Positions 1 through 9,706 of a DNA stretch of 64,000 nt are shown here, piece by piece; the stretch's first letter is position 1; every line of letters begins with the position of its first letter. This DNA is from Minisyncoccota bacterium. Lineage in GTDB: Bacteria > Patescibacteriota > Minisyncoccia > Phycocordibacterales > JABMNX01. The DNA lies in the NCBI GenBank assembly GCA_040876885.1, contig JBBDOU010000008.1, forward strand, positions 42,986 to 106,985, in the 5' to 3' direction. Under the pieces are notes generated by a model, which ran no database searches, had not been told where the DNA came from, and was given only the letters and a program-made list of their open reading frames with translations. The translations under genes and the position numbers were made by a program.

Positions 1-1182
1 ATTATTGATGCAATTGAAACATCTCTGGCCACTGCATATAAAAAAGAATACGGAAAGCGCGGACAGATTATTCGCGCGACGTTTGATTTAACAACAGGAG
101 ATACAGAATTTTTCCAAGTAAAAATAGTTGTCGATGACACGCTCGTGCGCGATGAAGAAGCGGAAGCAGAAAATGAAGATGATGTGCGTTCACGATTCAA
201 CCCAGAGCACCACATTATGATTGAAGATGCTAAGCGTATTAAAAAAGACGCAGAGCTTGATAGCGAAATCACCTTCCCCCTTGAAACTAAAGACGACTTT
301 GGGCGAATTGCCGCACAAACTGCAAAACAAGTTATCGTACAGAAAATTAGAGAAGCTGAGAAGGTATCTATTATGGAAGAATACGGAGAACGTGAAGGTG
401 ACATCATCACCGGAACAGTACAGCGACTTGAGCGTGGAAACATGTTTATTGACCTTGGACGAGCAACGGGGATTATCCCGTATGAAGAACAAATCCCTGG
501 AGAGAGATATCGTCAAGGAGAACGTCTTCGTGCATACCTATACTCAGTAGAAGAAAGTCCTCGAGGAACATTCCTTCGCATGTCACGCTCACACCCTGAC
601 TTCCTTAAGAAACTCTTTGAAATGGAAGTTCCTGAGCTTGCGTCAGGTGCTGTTGGCATTAAAGAAATAGCCCGCGAGGCAGGTTCACGTTCAAAGATCG
701 CTGTCGTTTCACACGATGAGCATATTGACCCTGTTGGTTCCTTTGTTGGACAACGTGGAGTGCGTGTTACGACTGTTATGGGGGAGCTCGGTGGAGAAAA
801 AATAGATGTTATTGAGTGGTCAGAAGACCCAAAAGAATTTATTGAAAAAGCACTCTCCCCTGCAGAAATCCTCAGCGTAACGCTTGATGAAGAAGAAAAG
901 AAAGCGACTGTTGAAGTCGCTGACGACCAACAGTCTCTCGCAATCGGAAAAGGAGGACAAAATGTTCGCCTTGCTGCAAAACTTACTGGATGGAGAATAG
1001 ATATTCACTCTCTTGGCGGAGACACTAAAGAAATTACCCCTGAAGAAGTGCCTGCTACAGAGAAAGTAGCTCCAGAAGCAACAGTAGAAGCACCAGCAAT
1101 TGAAACTGAAGAACCAGTTACAGAAAGTGAGGTAGCAACTGAGGCACCAGAAGCAGAAGAAAAACCTAAAGAAGAAGCGTAA
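1..1182 (+). CDS. nusA: Transcription factor NusA (5' end outside window)
   Basis: Frame open from base 1 (IIDAIETSLATAYKKEYG); FGRIAAQTAKQ, S1 and KH motifs (AREAGSRSKIAV, LAIGKGGQNVRLA); acidic tail. Confidence 0.97.
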   Translation: MIDAIETSLATAYKKEYGKRGQIIRATFDLTTGDTEFFQVKIVVDDTLVRDEEAEAENEDDVRSRFNPEHHIMIEDAKRIKKDAELDSEITFPLETKDDFGRIAAQTAKQVIVQKIREAEKVSIMEEYGEREGDIITGTVQRLERGNMFIDLGRATGIIPYEEQIPGERYRQGERLRAYLYSVEESPRGTFLRMSRSHPDFLKKLFEMEVPELASGAVGIKEIAREAGSRSKIAVVSHDEHIDPVGSFVGQRGVRVTTVMGELGGEKIDVIEWSEDPKEFIEKALSPAEILSVTLDEEEKKATVEVADDQQSLAIGKGGQNVRLAAKLTGWRIDIHSLGGDTKEITPEEVPATEKVAPEATVEAPAIETEEPVTESEVATEAPEAEEKPKEEA

Positions 1183-1192
1183 TCTAACCCAC

Positions 1193-1237
1193 TAACACTA
1201 AAAAACCGAACGCAGAGCGTTCGGTTTTTTAGTGTTA
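1193..1237. terminator. Bidirectional intrinsic terminator between nusA and ppa
   Basis: 21-bp inverted repeat taacactaaaaaaccgaacgc-aga-gcgttcggttttttagtgtta between convergent genes. Confidence 0.85.
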
Positions 1238-1255
1238 AGTGCATCTAACAAAAAT

Positions 1256-1789
1256 TTACTTTTGACCCTTGTATCGTTCGATACAGTCCTTAATAACAAC
1301 AATGGCATCCTGAGCGTCTCCATACCCAAGCACTTTTGTTGTTCCTCGCTTTTTAAGATCCTTGTATGTGTTGAAGTGGTATTCAATTTTATTCTTCCAT
1401 TGCTCCCCCAAATCATCTAATGTCTTGATACGATCACCACTATCGTAATCAGTTGCTGGTACACAAATTATTTTATGATCTTTCTCACCATCATCTTCAA
1501 AATTAAGTACCCCGATTACTTTTGCCTCGACAACAACCCCTGTCGGAACTGGCTCAGCGGTTACGAGCAAGGTATCGAGCTCGTCATTATCTTCGTCGAG
1601 TGTTGCAGGAATAAACCCATAATTAGAAGGCTTTACAAAAATAGCGGGTTCGACTCTATCAAGCTCGAACGTTCCTTTATCTCTGTTGTATTCTATTTTC
1701 AACATAGACTTCTCTGAAATCTCAACTACCGTGTTGATTTTGAAATTATCCAAATCTCCTGGCGTATATAATGTATTGTAATCTGTCAT
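1256..1789 (-). CDS. ppa: Family I inorganic pyrophosphatase
   Basis: K-x-EY, LDRV, NYGFIPATLDEDNDELD, DDGEKDHKII, FNTYKDL motifs. Confidence 0.93.
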   Translation of the reverse strand: MTDYNTLYTPGDLDNFKINTVVEISEKSMLKIEYNRDKGTFELDRVEPAIFVKPSNYGFIPATLDEDNDELDTLLVTAEPVPTGVVVEAKVIGVLNFEDDGEKDHKIICVPATDYDSGDRIKTLDDLGEQWKNKIEYHFNTYKDLKKRGTTKVLGYGDAQDAIVVIKDCIERYKGQK

Positions 1790-1934
1790 ATATTTTCTAT
1801 GTATTATCTAAAAATGCACCTCTCGCTACAATATCTGTAACTGTGTAGACTACAGTATACCTATCAACAAAAGAAATGCACAATCCCACGTTTCTTTTGC
1901 TATACTGGTCGTATTATACATTTATATTCATCCT

Positions 1935-2786
1935 ATGAAACACGCATTACCATTTAGTCTTGTATCTACCAGTATTGTACTCGCGGTCTTTTTACTCACA
2001 CTCTCAACTGCATCAGCACAAACCACAACACAATTACGTCCCGCTGCACGCGAAGCTATCAAAAATGAACAGCCTGCACGACCACCCTCCCAGCCAGAAA
2101 ATTTCGAGAGAAAAGAAATCGAGATGCGCGCCATGGAAACAAAGATGCGTGATGATGCAATGAAAGAGGTCGAGAGTGAAGAAATGCACACTGATGACTC
2201 TCTTGAGGCAAAACCTCGAACATTTCTTGAAAAAGCACAAGCAACTCTTAAAGAAAAACGCCAAAGAGAGAATGCGGAGATAAGGATAAATGAAGATGCT
2301 CAAAGAAAGGACAACTTCTCTCGAGGCGAAGAGCCACGAGATGCAGTACTTAAAAAACAAAAAGAAGACCGCACCGTTAAGTTCCTCAGCAACATTAAAA
2401 ATAAAATGGATGCTGCAATCTCACGACTTGAAATACTTGCCGAAAGAATCGAATCAAGGATAGACAAGTTTGAAGCACGTGGAGTAGATATGACCGAAGC
2501 GCGTCGCCTTCTTGAAACAGCAAAAGAAAGTATCGCCCAGGCTGTAGAAAATATCACCACAGCGTTTGAAGAAGCGCGCGAAGTACTTGCTCTAGACCTC
2601 ACTCGAGATGCGTTTGGCGGAGTTGTATCAGAGCTATCAAAAGCAAAAGAAAACCTCCGCGCCGCGCATAGCGTACTCATTCAAGTAGTACGTACTATGA
2701 AAAACAGTATTTCAAATGAAGAAACTCCTGAGGATACAAACGTCGAAAAAGATGCGCCGGATTCAAATAGCCTTGAAAATAATTAA
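1935..2786 (+). CDS. Secreted coiled-coil hypothetical protein
   Basis: Signal peptide ending ASA-Q, long charged helical region. Confidence 0.75.
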   Translation: MKHALPFSLVSTSIVLAVFLLTLSTASAQTTTQLRPAAREAIKNEQPARPPSQPENFERKEIEMRAMETKMRDDAMKEVESEEMHTDDSLEAKPRTFLEKAQATLKEKRQRENAEIRINEDAQRKDNFSRGEEPRDAVLKKQKEDRTVKFLSNIKNKMDAAISRLEILAERIESRIDKFEARGVDMTEARRLLETAKESIAQAVENITTAFEEAREVLALDLTRDAFGGVVSELSKAKENLRAAHSVLIQVVRTMKNSISNEETPEDTNVEKDAPDSNSLENN

Positions 2787-2813
2787 TAACCTTTGTAACT
2801 AACACCCATACGT

Positions 2814-3164
2814 ATGAATGAAGAAAATAAAAACGTGAATGAAGAGCCTGTAATGGAAACTCCTCAAGAAGACACCCCCAACACACCTCAAGGAAACAGT
2901 ACGGAAGAACATGCGTCCTCTGGCCCTCTTGTTGGGGTTGCAATTATTATTCTCGTATTAATCGTTGGCGGTATCTACTTCTGGAATACTGAGGTGAATA
3001 ACCACAAAGGAGACGCGACTCAAGAAACCTCTGCAGAAGCTACTGTAGACGCACTGAACACCCAGGGGACGTCTGATGAGGTTGCTGCAATCGAAGCTGA
3101 CCTTGATACAACTGACCTTGATAACCTCGATGCAGAGCTTGACGACCTTCTCAACGGGCTGTAG
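2814..3164 (+). CDS. Single-pass membrane acidic hypothetical protein
   Basis: TM segment GPLVGVAIIILVLIVGGIYFW; acidic C-terminus with DEVAAIEADL...DLDNLDAEL. Confidence 0.75.
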   Translation: MNEENKNVNEEPVMETPQEDTPNTPQGNSTEEHASSGPLVGVAIIILVLIVGGIYFWNTEVNNHKGDATQETSAEATVDALNTQGTSDEVAAIEADLDTTDLDNLDAELDDLLNGL

Positions 3165-3293
3165 AAACCTAAAGGAAAGCTCAAATAAACACCTCGACTC
3201 GTTGCGGTGTTTATTTTTTATGATGTTTTTGACTTTGTGGTGTACAAGCGGTAGACTGGGCAAACTTAATATCTAGTAAATAACACGTACACA

Positions 3294-4526
3294 ATGGCAA
3301 CAGAAACAGCAAAACTCTACGAAAACGTAAAAATAACAGAACTTGAAAACTCTGAAATTGAAATTGAGGGGGAAATTCCTCTTTCTTGTATTCCAGCATA
3401 TAGAACGAAAGCACTAAAAAAACTTGGTGAACACGCAAACATCGACGGTTTCCGAAAAGGGCACATTCCTGAAAAAGTACTAATAGAAAAGGTCGGAGAA
3501 GGATCACTTATGGGTGAAGTCGCTGAACTCGCGCTTGCGGACATGTATCCTACGCTTGTGCAGGATAAAAATCTTGAAGTTATTGGTGCACCACAGGTGA
3601 CCATCACAAAACTAGCCCCAGGAAACCCTATTGGATTTAAAATCAAAAGCGCCATAGTTCCTGCGTTCACACTCCCTGACTACACGACAATTGCAAAAGA
3701 AGTTATGGGCGCACCTGTAGTTGATGGTGATGCGCTTGAAGTAACTGACGCTGATGTAGAAAAAGTAATGACCGAAGTGCGTCGTGGAAAAGCGCGTTTT
3801 GAGAAAGCACAAAAACAAGCTGAAAACCCTAATACTGAAACAGGAGAACCAAAAGAAGAGCCTAAGGTAAGTGGCCCTGTTAGAACTAACGACTCCAAAA
3901 AGTCTACTTCTAACGGGGTAGGAAGCGAAACCCCGTTAGAGACAGGAACTAAAAGTTCCGAAGACTCTAACGGGGAAAACCTTCCAGAGCTTGATGATGC
4001 ATTTGTCGCAACACTTGGTGACTTTAAAACAGTGGCTGATTTTGAGAAACGAGTGCGAAGAGACCTTGAAAAAGAAAAAGAACAAAAAAATCGTGACAAG
4101 AAACGAATCACGCTTTCAGAGAAACTCATCGAAGCGACTGACATTAAACTTCCCACCATTTTAGTCTCAAGTGAGCTCGACAAGATGGTTGCGCAAATGA
4201 AAGACGACACTGCACGGATGAATATGAAATTTGAAGATTACCTTACTCATGTAAAGAAGACAGAAGCAGACCTTCGTCTTGAATGGAAAGAACAAGCAGA
4301 AAAACGGGCAACACTACAGCTCCTCCTTAATAAAATAGCTGACAAAGAAAAAATATCAGCAGACCACGATGCAGTACACAAGCAAATGGATATAATCCTC
4401 GAACACCACAAAGATGCAGACCCTCGAAACGTACATATCTATGTAGAGACTCAACTCACTAACGAAGCGGTATTCCAACTACTTGAAGAAGAAAAGAAAG
4501 AAAAAGAAACCCCAGTTGAGAAGTAA
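3294..4526 (+). CDS. tig: Trigger factor lacking the FKBP/PPIase domain
   Basis: Ribosome-binding GFRKGHIP motif, LPELDDAF, C-terminal chaperone domain; upstream of clpP. Confidence 0.93.
   Translation: MATETAKLYENVKITELENSEIEIEGEIPLSCIPAYRTKALKKLGEHANIDGFRKGHIPEKVLIEKVGEGSLMGEVAELALADMYPTLVQDKNLEVIGAPQVTITKLAPGNPIGFKIKSAIVPAFTLPDYTTIAKEVMGAPVVDGDALEVTDADVEKVMTEVRRGKARFEKAQKQAENPNTETGEPKEEPKVSGPVRTNDSKKSTSNGVGSETPLETGTKSSEDSNGENLPELDDAFVATLGDFKTVADFEKRVRRDLEKEKEQKNRDKKRITLSEKLIEATDIKLPTILVSSELDKMVAQMKDDTARMNMKFEDYLTHVKKTEADLRLEWKEQAEKRATLQLLLNKIADKEKISADHDAVHKQMDIILEHHKDADPRNVHIYVETQLTNEAVFQLLEEEKKEKETPVEK
3874..3975. repeat. Two palindromic CCC(C/T)GTTAGA...TCTAACGGGG elements in-frame in tig
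   Basis: 3875-3918 ccctgttagaa..ttctaacgggg and 3931-3975 ccccgttagag..ctctaacgggg, each with an inner hairpin. Confidence 0.85.
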
Positions 4527-4577
4527 CAGCGGTGTGCTACTATTGCATAATACTTATTGGTTTATCTAAATTAATGT

Positions 4578-5174
4578 ATGAAACACGGAGATATAAAAAA
4601 CCAACTCGTTCCCATGGTGGTTGAAAAATCACAAGGAGGTGAACGTGCATATGATATTTATTCACGCCTCTTAAAGGACCGTATTATATTCTTGGCGGGT
4701 CCTATTGATGACCACACGGCAAATCTTATCATCGCACAGCTCCTCTTCCTCGAATCTGAGGACCCAAAGAAAGATATCTCTTTCTACATCAACTCACCAG
4801 GAGGTAGCGTCTCAGACGGACTCGCGATACTTGATACTATGAACCATATAAAACCAGATGTTTCTACAGTCTGTGTCGGACTTGCAGCATCGATGGGAGC
4901 TGTACTACTTTCAGCTGGAAAGAAAGGTAAACGATTTGCACTTCCAAACGCTGAAGTGATGGTCCACCAACCATGGGGTGGAGCACAAGGACAAGCGTCA
5001 GACATTGAAATCACCGCAAAGCATATTCTTGCAACACGAGAGCGGTTAAATAAAATTCTTGCTAAAAATACTGGAAAGAGTCTTCCCCAGATAGAAAAAG
5101 ATGTCGACCGAGACTACTTTATGACCTCAGACGAAGCTAAAAAATATGGACTCGTTGACGAGGTATTGAAATAA
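4578..5174 (+). CDS. clpP: Clp protease proteolytic subunit
   Basis: [29 protein letters not shown] motifs. Confidence 0.98.
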   Translation: MKHGDIKNQLVPMVVEKSQGGERAYDIYSRLLKDRIIFLAGPIDDHTANLIIAQLLFLESEDPKKDISFYINSPGGSVSDGLAILDTMNHIKPDVSTVCVGLAASMGAVLLSAGKKGKRFALPNAEVMVHQPWGGAQGQASDIEITAKHILATRERLNKILAKNTGKSLPQIEKDVDRDYFMTSDEAKKYGLVDEVLK

Positions 5175-5184
5175 CATGTAATCG

Positions 5185-5217
5185 AAAAACGCCGTGCATA
5201 TCCTGCACGGCGTTTTT
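5185..5217. terminator. Intrinsic terminator after clpP
   Basis: aaaaacgccgtgca-tatcc-tgcacggcgttttt. Confidence 0.8.
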
Positions 5218-5219
5218 AT

Positions 5220-5408
5220 TTATATGCATCTTTTCTTAGTGCGTACGCACCCCATAAAATAATTGCCTCTTTGACATTGAGACTTCCATTCTGGGGTAAT
5301 GTAGAAATAGTACGCGAGCTTAAAACAATACAGCGCACCGAAGCCGAGGACCCACAGAATAGTTGCTTGAATAAGATCTACAAGCACGAGTTGCATTTCC
5401 GTCTCCAT
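5220..5408 (-). CDS. Small hypothetical membrane protein
   Basis: 62-aa ORF with a hydrophobic stretch filling the gap; no recognisable family. Confidence 0.4.
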   Translation of the reverse strand: METEMQLVLVDLIQATILWVLGFGALYCFKLAYYFYITPEWKSQCQRGNYFMGCVRTKKRCI

Positions 5409-5450
5409 TTCTAAACATTTCTATTCAAAATAGAGAACAATGCGAACAGT

Positions 5451-5479
5451 TAGACAATCGCAAAAACCCGTGATATATT
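5451..5479 (+). promoter_or_regulatory. sigma70-type promoter upstream of the rny leader
   Basis: TAGACA-17 bp-TATATT with extended TG. Confidence 0.55.
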
Positions 5480-5671
5480 CAGAGTGCACTGCAATAGTGT
5501 TCTTATTTAATTTAACACTGAAATCAAGCCCTTTACCTTACGTTGCTGATGTTCCTGAATGACAGAAATCCTCACGATGGCCCGTATCACCATATACTCT
5601 CTATATAGACCTTACATACTACATAAAAACCATCCGTATACTCACTATAAAGGCACGATTTTAGCCTACAT

Positions 5672-7201
5672 ATGTCATTAAAAGTAATACTGGTTCTGCT
5701 CATCGTTGCGGGACTTATCGGTATTGCAGTTGGTTACTTTCTACGTTGGCTCCATTCTCTTGGAAGACGAGGTTCAATGGAACTCGAAATCAAGCAAATG
5801 ATGCTTGAGGCACGTGACGATGCGAAAAACATCACAAAAGAAGCCGAAGCAAAAGCCGAAAAGACACTCACTGAGCTGAGTCAAGAGCTAAAAGAAGGAA
5901 GAGAACAGTTGAAGAGAACTGAAGACCGTCTTGTAAAAAAGGAGGAGCTTTTAGATAAACGACAGACAGATATCGACGCTGATGTTGAAAACCTCAAAAA
6001 GAAAATAGAAGAAGTCCGCGTATTTAAAGAAAAAGCTGAAGCGTTGGTTCTAGAACGACAACTGAGTTTAAGTAATGTTGCACATCTTAGTGCTGACGAT
6101 GCAAAAAAGGAGCTCCTTGGGCTTATTGAAAAACAGTCTGAAGAAGATATGCTTATCCGTCTTCAAAAGCTAGAAATTGAAGGGAAAGAACGTCTTGAAA
6201 GAAAAGCGCAGGATATCCTTACCACCTCTATTCACCGTCTTGGAAACTCAGTGATTGACGATATTATGTCTACGTCAGTGAAAATTCCATCTGATGAAGT
6301 TAAAGGAAAGATAATTGGAAAAGAAGGTCGTAATATAAAAGCATTTGAACGGGCAACCGGCGTTGACGTCATTATTGATGACACACCACACACAATAAAT
6401 ATCTCATCATTTGACCCGATTCGTCGTCATGTAGCACGTATTGCACTAGAGAACCTTATCGCTGACGGACGAATTCAACCGGCAAAAATTGAAGAAGTGG
6501 TACAGAAGGCAAAAGATGAAATCAATAAGACGATTAAAGAAAAAGGTGAGCAAGCAGCGTACGAATCAGGAGTACATAATCTTGATCCACGCGTTGTCGC
6601 GATACTTGGGCGCCTTCACTTCCGTACGAGCTACGGGCAAAACGTCTTGTACCACTCAATAGAGATGGCGCACATTGCGGGAATGCTTGCAGAAGAACTT
6701 GGTGCTGACCCGTACGTTGCACGCGCTGGAGCACTCCTTCATGACATCGGTAAAGCGGTTGATCACGAGGTTCAAGGAACACATGTTGAGATAGGAAAAC
6801 GTATCTTACAAAAATTCGGAGTAGACGAGGCTATCATCAAGGCGGTTATCGCACATCACGAAGAATACCCGTACGAGACACCTGAATCTATGATAGTTCA
6901 AGTTGCTGATGCTATTTCAGGTGGACGACCTGGAGCACGTCGTGATTCTGTAGAGAACTATATACAACGTCTCGAAGAGCTTGAGGCTATAGCCAAAAAC
7001 TTCCCTGGTGTTGAAAAGAGTTACGCAATTCAGGCTGGACGAGAAATTAGAGTATTCGTAACTCCTGAGAAAGTCTCTGACTTAGAAGCTAAGAAAATGG
7101 CGCGTTCTATAGCGCTCCAGATTGAAAACGAGCTCAAATACCCAGGAGAAATTAAGGTAAATGTTATCCGAGAGTCACGCTCTATAGAGTTTGCGCGGTA
7201 A
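5672..7201 (+). CDS. rny: Ribonuclease Y
   Basis: N-terminal TM, coiled coil, KH (KGKIIGKEGRNI), HD domain (LLHDIGK), C-terminal AIQAGREIRV. Confidence 0.98.
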   Translation: MSLKVILVLLIVAGLIGIAVGYFLRWLHSLGRRGSMELEIKQMMLEARDDAKNITKEAEAKAEKTLTELSQELKEGREQLKRTEDRLVKKEELLDKRQTDIDADVENLKKKIEEVRVFKEKAEALVLERQLSLSNVAHLSADDAKKELLGLIEKQSEEDMLIRLQKLEIEGKERLERKAQDILTTSIHRLGNSVIDDIMSTSVKIPSDEVKGKIIGKEGRNIKAFERATGVDVIIDDTPHTINISSFDPIRRHVARIALENLIADGRIQPAKIEEVVQKAKDEINKTIKEKGEQAAYESGVHNLDPRVVAILGRLHFRTSYGQNVLYHSIEMAHIAGMLAEELGADPYVARAGALLHDIGKAVDHEVQGTHVEIGKRILQKFGVDEAIIKAVIAHHEEYPYETPESMIVQVADAISGGRPGARRDSVENYIQRLEELEAIAKNFPGVEKSYAIQAGREIRVFVTPEKVSDLEAKKMARSIALQIENELKYPGEIKVNVIRESRSIEFAR

Positions 7202-7384
7202 ATTTCTGAAGCACATTGACATAAGACACCAATACATAGCGTAATACTTGTGCAAAATACAGATATTGCGCTAACAATGGGGCTCTGTATAATGATTGTG
7301 TAATTTCACAGTACAGAATGTATACATTATGTCCTGGTTATTAATGCACAAGGTCGAGATTAAATGACTTTTAGCAAAACACAT

Positions 7385-7660
7385 ATGAACAAAGCAGCAA
7401 TCGTAGAAAAAGTACACGAGACGCTTGGTGGAACTAAAGCTGACGCAGAACGCGCAGTGGATACAATGGTAGGAAGTATCATTGACAGCCTTAAAGGAGG
7501 TCAGGAAGTTTCAATCGCAGGTCTTGGTATTTTTGAAGCTAAGATGCGAAGTGCACGAACTGGACGAAATCCTCGAACAGGAGAGTCAATCCAAATTCCA
7601 GCTATGCGCGTACCAAAATTCCGCGCAGCTAAAGCACTTAAAGACGCAGTAAAAAATTAA
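7385..7660 (+). CDS. hup: HU family DNA-binding protein
   Basis: MNKAAIV..., GLGIF, ARTGRNPRTGE, VPKFRAAKALKDAV; start placed at MNK. Confidence 0.95.
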   Translation: MNKAAIVEKVHETLGGTKADAERAVDTMVGSIIDSLKGGQEVSIAGLGIFEAKMRSARTGRNPRTGESIQIPAMRVPKFRAAKALKDAVKN

Positions 7661-7684
7661 GCTTAATTTTTAACTTGTCACTAT

Positions 7685-7718
7685 CTATAAAAGCCTCACG
7701 AAAGTGAGGCTTTTATAG
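7685..7718 (+). terminator. Intrinsic terminator after hup
   Basis: ctataaaagcctcac-gaaa-gtgaggcttttatag. Confidence 0.85.
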
Positions 7719-7736
7719 TGGAGATGTAGTTTCTTA

Positions 7737-7928
7737 AGAGAGAATCGGTCACGGTCGCTAAATGTTTTGGGGTCAAGTTTCTAAACTTGCTTTGTTAGTA
7801 GAGAGAATCGACGACTAGTCACTAAGTAAAATTTTCGTCTTTCAGACTTAATTTTACTTAGTGCTTTTCGTCTAGCCTCAGCTAAATACAAAAAGACCCC
7901 ATAAAACGTGGGGTCTTTTTGTATTTTG
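7737..7928 (-). repeat. Structured tRNA-Gly trailer with repeated tRNA T-arm fragments
   Basis: gtagagagaatcga at 7798 duplicates the tRNA 3' part at 7934; shorter copy agagagaatcg at 7737; two long hairpins between. Confidence 0.7.
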
Positions 7929-7999
7929 TGCGGGTAGAGAGAATCGAACTCTCGTCTACTGCTTGGAAGGCAGTCATTCTACCACTAAACTATACCCGC
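7929..7999 (-). tRNA. tRNA-Gly(TCC)
   Basis: Acceptor GCGGGTA/TACCCGC, anticodon loop CT-TCC-AA, T arm GAGAG-TTCGATT-CTCTC; A73; no CCA. Confidence 0.95.
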
Positions 8000-8035
8000 T
8001 CTTATAACTCAACGAATGTAATCCTACCAAAATAC

Positions 8036-8063
8036 AACAAACCCCGCAATTGCGGGGTTTGTT
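8036..8063 (-). terminator. Terminator after acidic micropeptide 1
   Basis: Perfect palindrome aacaaaccccgcaattgcggggtttgtt. Confidence 0.75.
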
Positions 8064-8083
8064 AGTTGAAGATTGAATAAAAA

Positions 8084-8203
8084 TTACTCAGCTGCTTCTT
8101 CTGTAGTTGCTTCTTCAACAGCTCCTTCAGTTGCTGGTGCATCTGTAGTTGCTTCTTCAGTTCCTTCTGCTCCTTCTACTACTTCGTCAAATACGAATGT
8201 CAT
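8084..8203 (-). CDS. 39-aa hyper-acidic micropeptide (not in ORF track)
   Basis: MTFVFDEVVEGAEGTEEATTDAPATEGAVEEATTEEAAE; own promoter and terminator; strongly biased codons (GAA/GCA/ACT). Confidence 0.7.
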   Translation of the reverse strand: MTFVFDEVVEGAEGTEEATTDAPATEGAVEEATTEEAAE

Positions 8204-8294
8204 AATATTTTTTGTCTTACGTTCAAACACCATTTAAAGTGTTCGGAACACTGATAAACAAAAAGCTGGGCTTATAACCCAAGCTATGTCCATA

Positions 8295-8322
8295 AGTATA
8301 CATGAGACACCCGTATTGTCAA
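8295..8322 (-). promoter_or_regulatory. sigma70 promoter for acidic micropeptide 1
   Basis: Minus strand TTGACA-16 bp-TATACT. Confidence 0.65.
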
Positions 8323-8407
8323 TACTACATAATAAATATAATCTATTGTCAAAATCTATAATAACCCGTGTTGAAGGGCTCTTTCTTGGTGTTATACTAA
8401 ATAAACT

Positions 8408-9571
8408 ATGCCGATATTTGCACTTATTCAAGTACTCATCAGTCGTATTGTTATTACAGTGATTGCGGTTCTCTCAGTAGTAGGAATTGGGTCATTTTCT
8501 GAAGCGCCACAGCACCTCGTCATAGAGGAGAAACCGGTGTCCATACAAGAAGAAACAACGCTACCTATCGATGGAGTAGTGGACATCCGAGAGCTCTCTG
8601 AAGAGTCTCTACCCGACCCAGAAGAATCGAAGCCTAAGGAAGCAGTATCGGTCCCTATAGCTGAAGAGACAGTTGAAGTGCCAGTAACCATCCCAATTCA
8701 GGAAGTTACAGTCCCCTTGTCCTTCTCTCAAATCAACACTGATACAGCAAAGACCCTCGTGAACGTGCTGTGCACACAAAATTCAGCGGGCGCAGCGCAT
8801 CCAATCACAGGGAGTGGGGTGATTATTGACCCACGAGGTGTTGTTATCACTAACGCACACGTGGCTCAGTTTTTTCTTTTGAAAGACCATCCGGTTGAAA
8901 ATGCACTCCAATGTACTTTAAGAACAGGAAGTCCTGCTCGAAACACATATACCGCTGAACTTCTGTATATATCACCAGAATGGGTGCGCCTCCACGCAAG
9001 TGACATAAACAATACTGCCCCAAAAGGCACTGGTGAGTACGACTATGCACTCTTGCGCATTACAGGGCGTACTGATCCCCAAGCACAGCTTCCAGCAACC
9101 TTCCCGTTCGTCTCTATTGGTATACATGACGAATCCATACAAACGGGTGATCAAGCGCTCGTTGCAGCGTACCCAGCAGGCTTCCTTGGGGGAGTCTCTA
9201 TTCAAAGAGATCTGTTCTCAGTCTCGAGTGTCGCGACAATAGGAGAGCGGTTTACGTTTCTTGAAAACACCATCGACCTTATTTCCGTTGGAGGGACGGT
9301 CGTCTCACAAGGAGGTTCTTCCGGAGGAGCGGTTGTCTCACAAGAAAATACCTTGATTGGTATAATCGTCACGAGTACGCAAGCTGATACAACTGCCGAG
9401 CGTGACTTACGTGCAATAACCACGGGGTATATAAATCGCTCCCTTATTGAAAACGAAAACACGACAATCGAAGGCCTGTTGTTTGGAGATGTCTTACTTA
9501 AAGCAAGACTGTTTAACTTGGGTGTCGCACCAGCGCTCACTGCATTATTTCTCCCCTATTTAGTGCAATAA
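8408..9571 (+). CDS. Membrane-anchored trypsin-like (S1) serine protease
   Basis: GSGVII, TNAHV, DYALL, GSSGG triad motifs; N-terminal TM. Confidence 0.88.
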   Translation: MPIFALIQVLISRIVITVIAVLSVVGIGSFSEAPQHLVIEEKPVSIQEETTLPIDGVVDIRELSEESLPDPEESKPKEAVSVPIAEETVEVPVTIPIQEVTVPLSFSQINTDTAKTLVNVLCTQNSAGAAHPITGSGVIIDPRGVVITNAHVAQFFLLKDHPVENALQCTLRTGSPARNTYTAELLYISPEWVRLHASDINNTAPKGTGEYDYALLRITGRTDPQAQLPATFPFVSIGIHDESIQTGDQALVAAYPAGFLGGVSIQRDLFSVSSVATIGERFTFLENTIDLISVGGTVVSQGGSSGGAVVSQENTLIGIIVTSTQADTTAERDLRAITTGYINRSLIENENTTIEGLLFGDVLLKARLFNLGVAPALTALFLPYLVQ

Positions 9572-9643
9572 TATATACCGTTGACTTTCTTTTCCTCTGA
9601 GAGTAAAACTAAAATAGTATCGAGATTTGAACCAAAAATAACA

Positions 9644-9677
9644 AAGACCTTTACACAGACGTCTGTGTAAAGGTCTT
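9644..9677. terminator. Perfect 34-bp palindrome between convergent genes
   Basis: aagacctttacacagac|gtctgtgtaaaggtctt. Confidence 0.65.
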
Positions 9678-9706
9678 GCTCCGTTCCTAGGAAGACGTCT
9701 GTCAGA

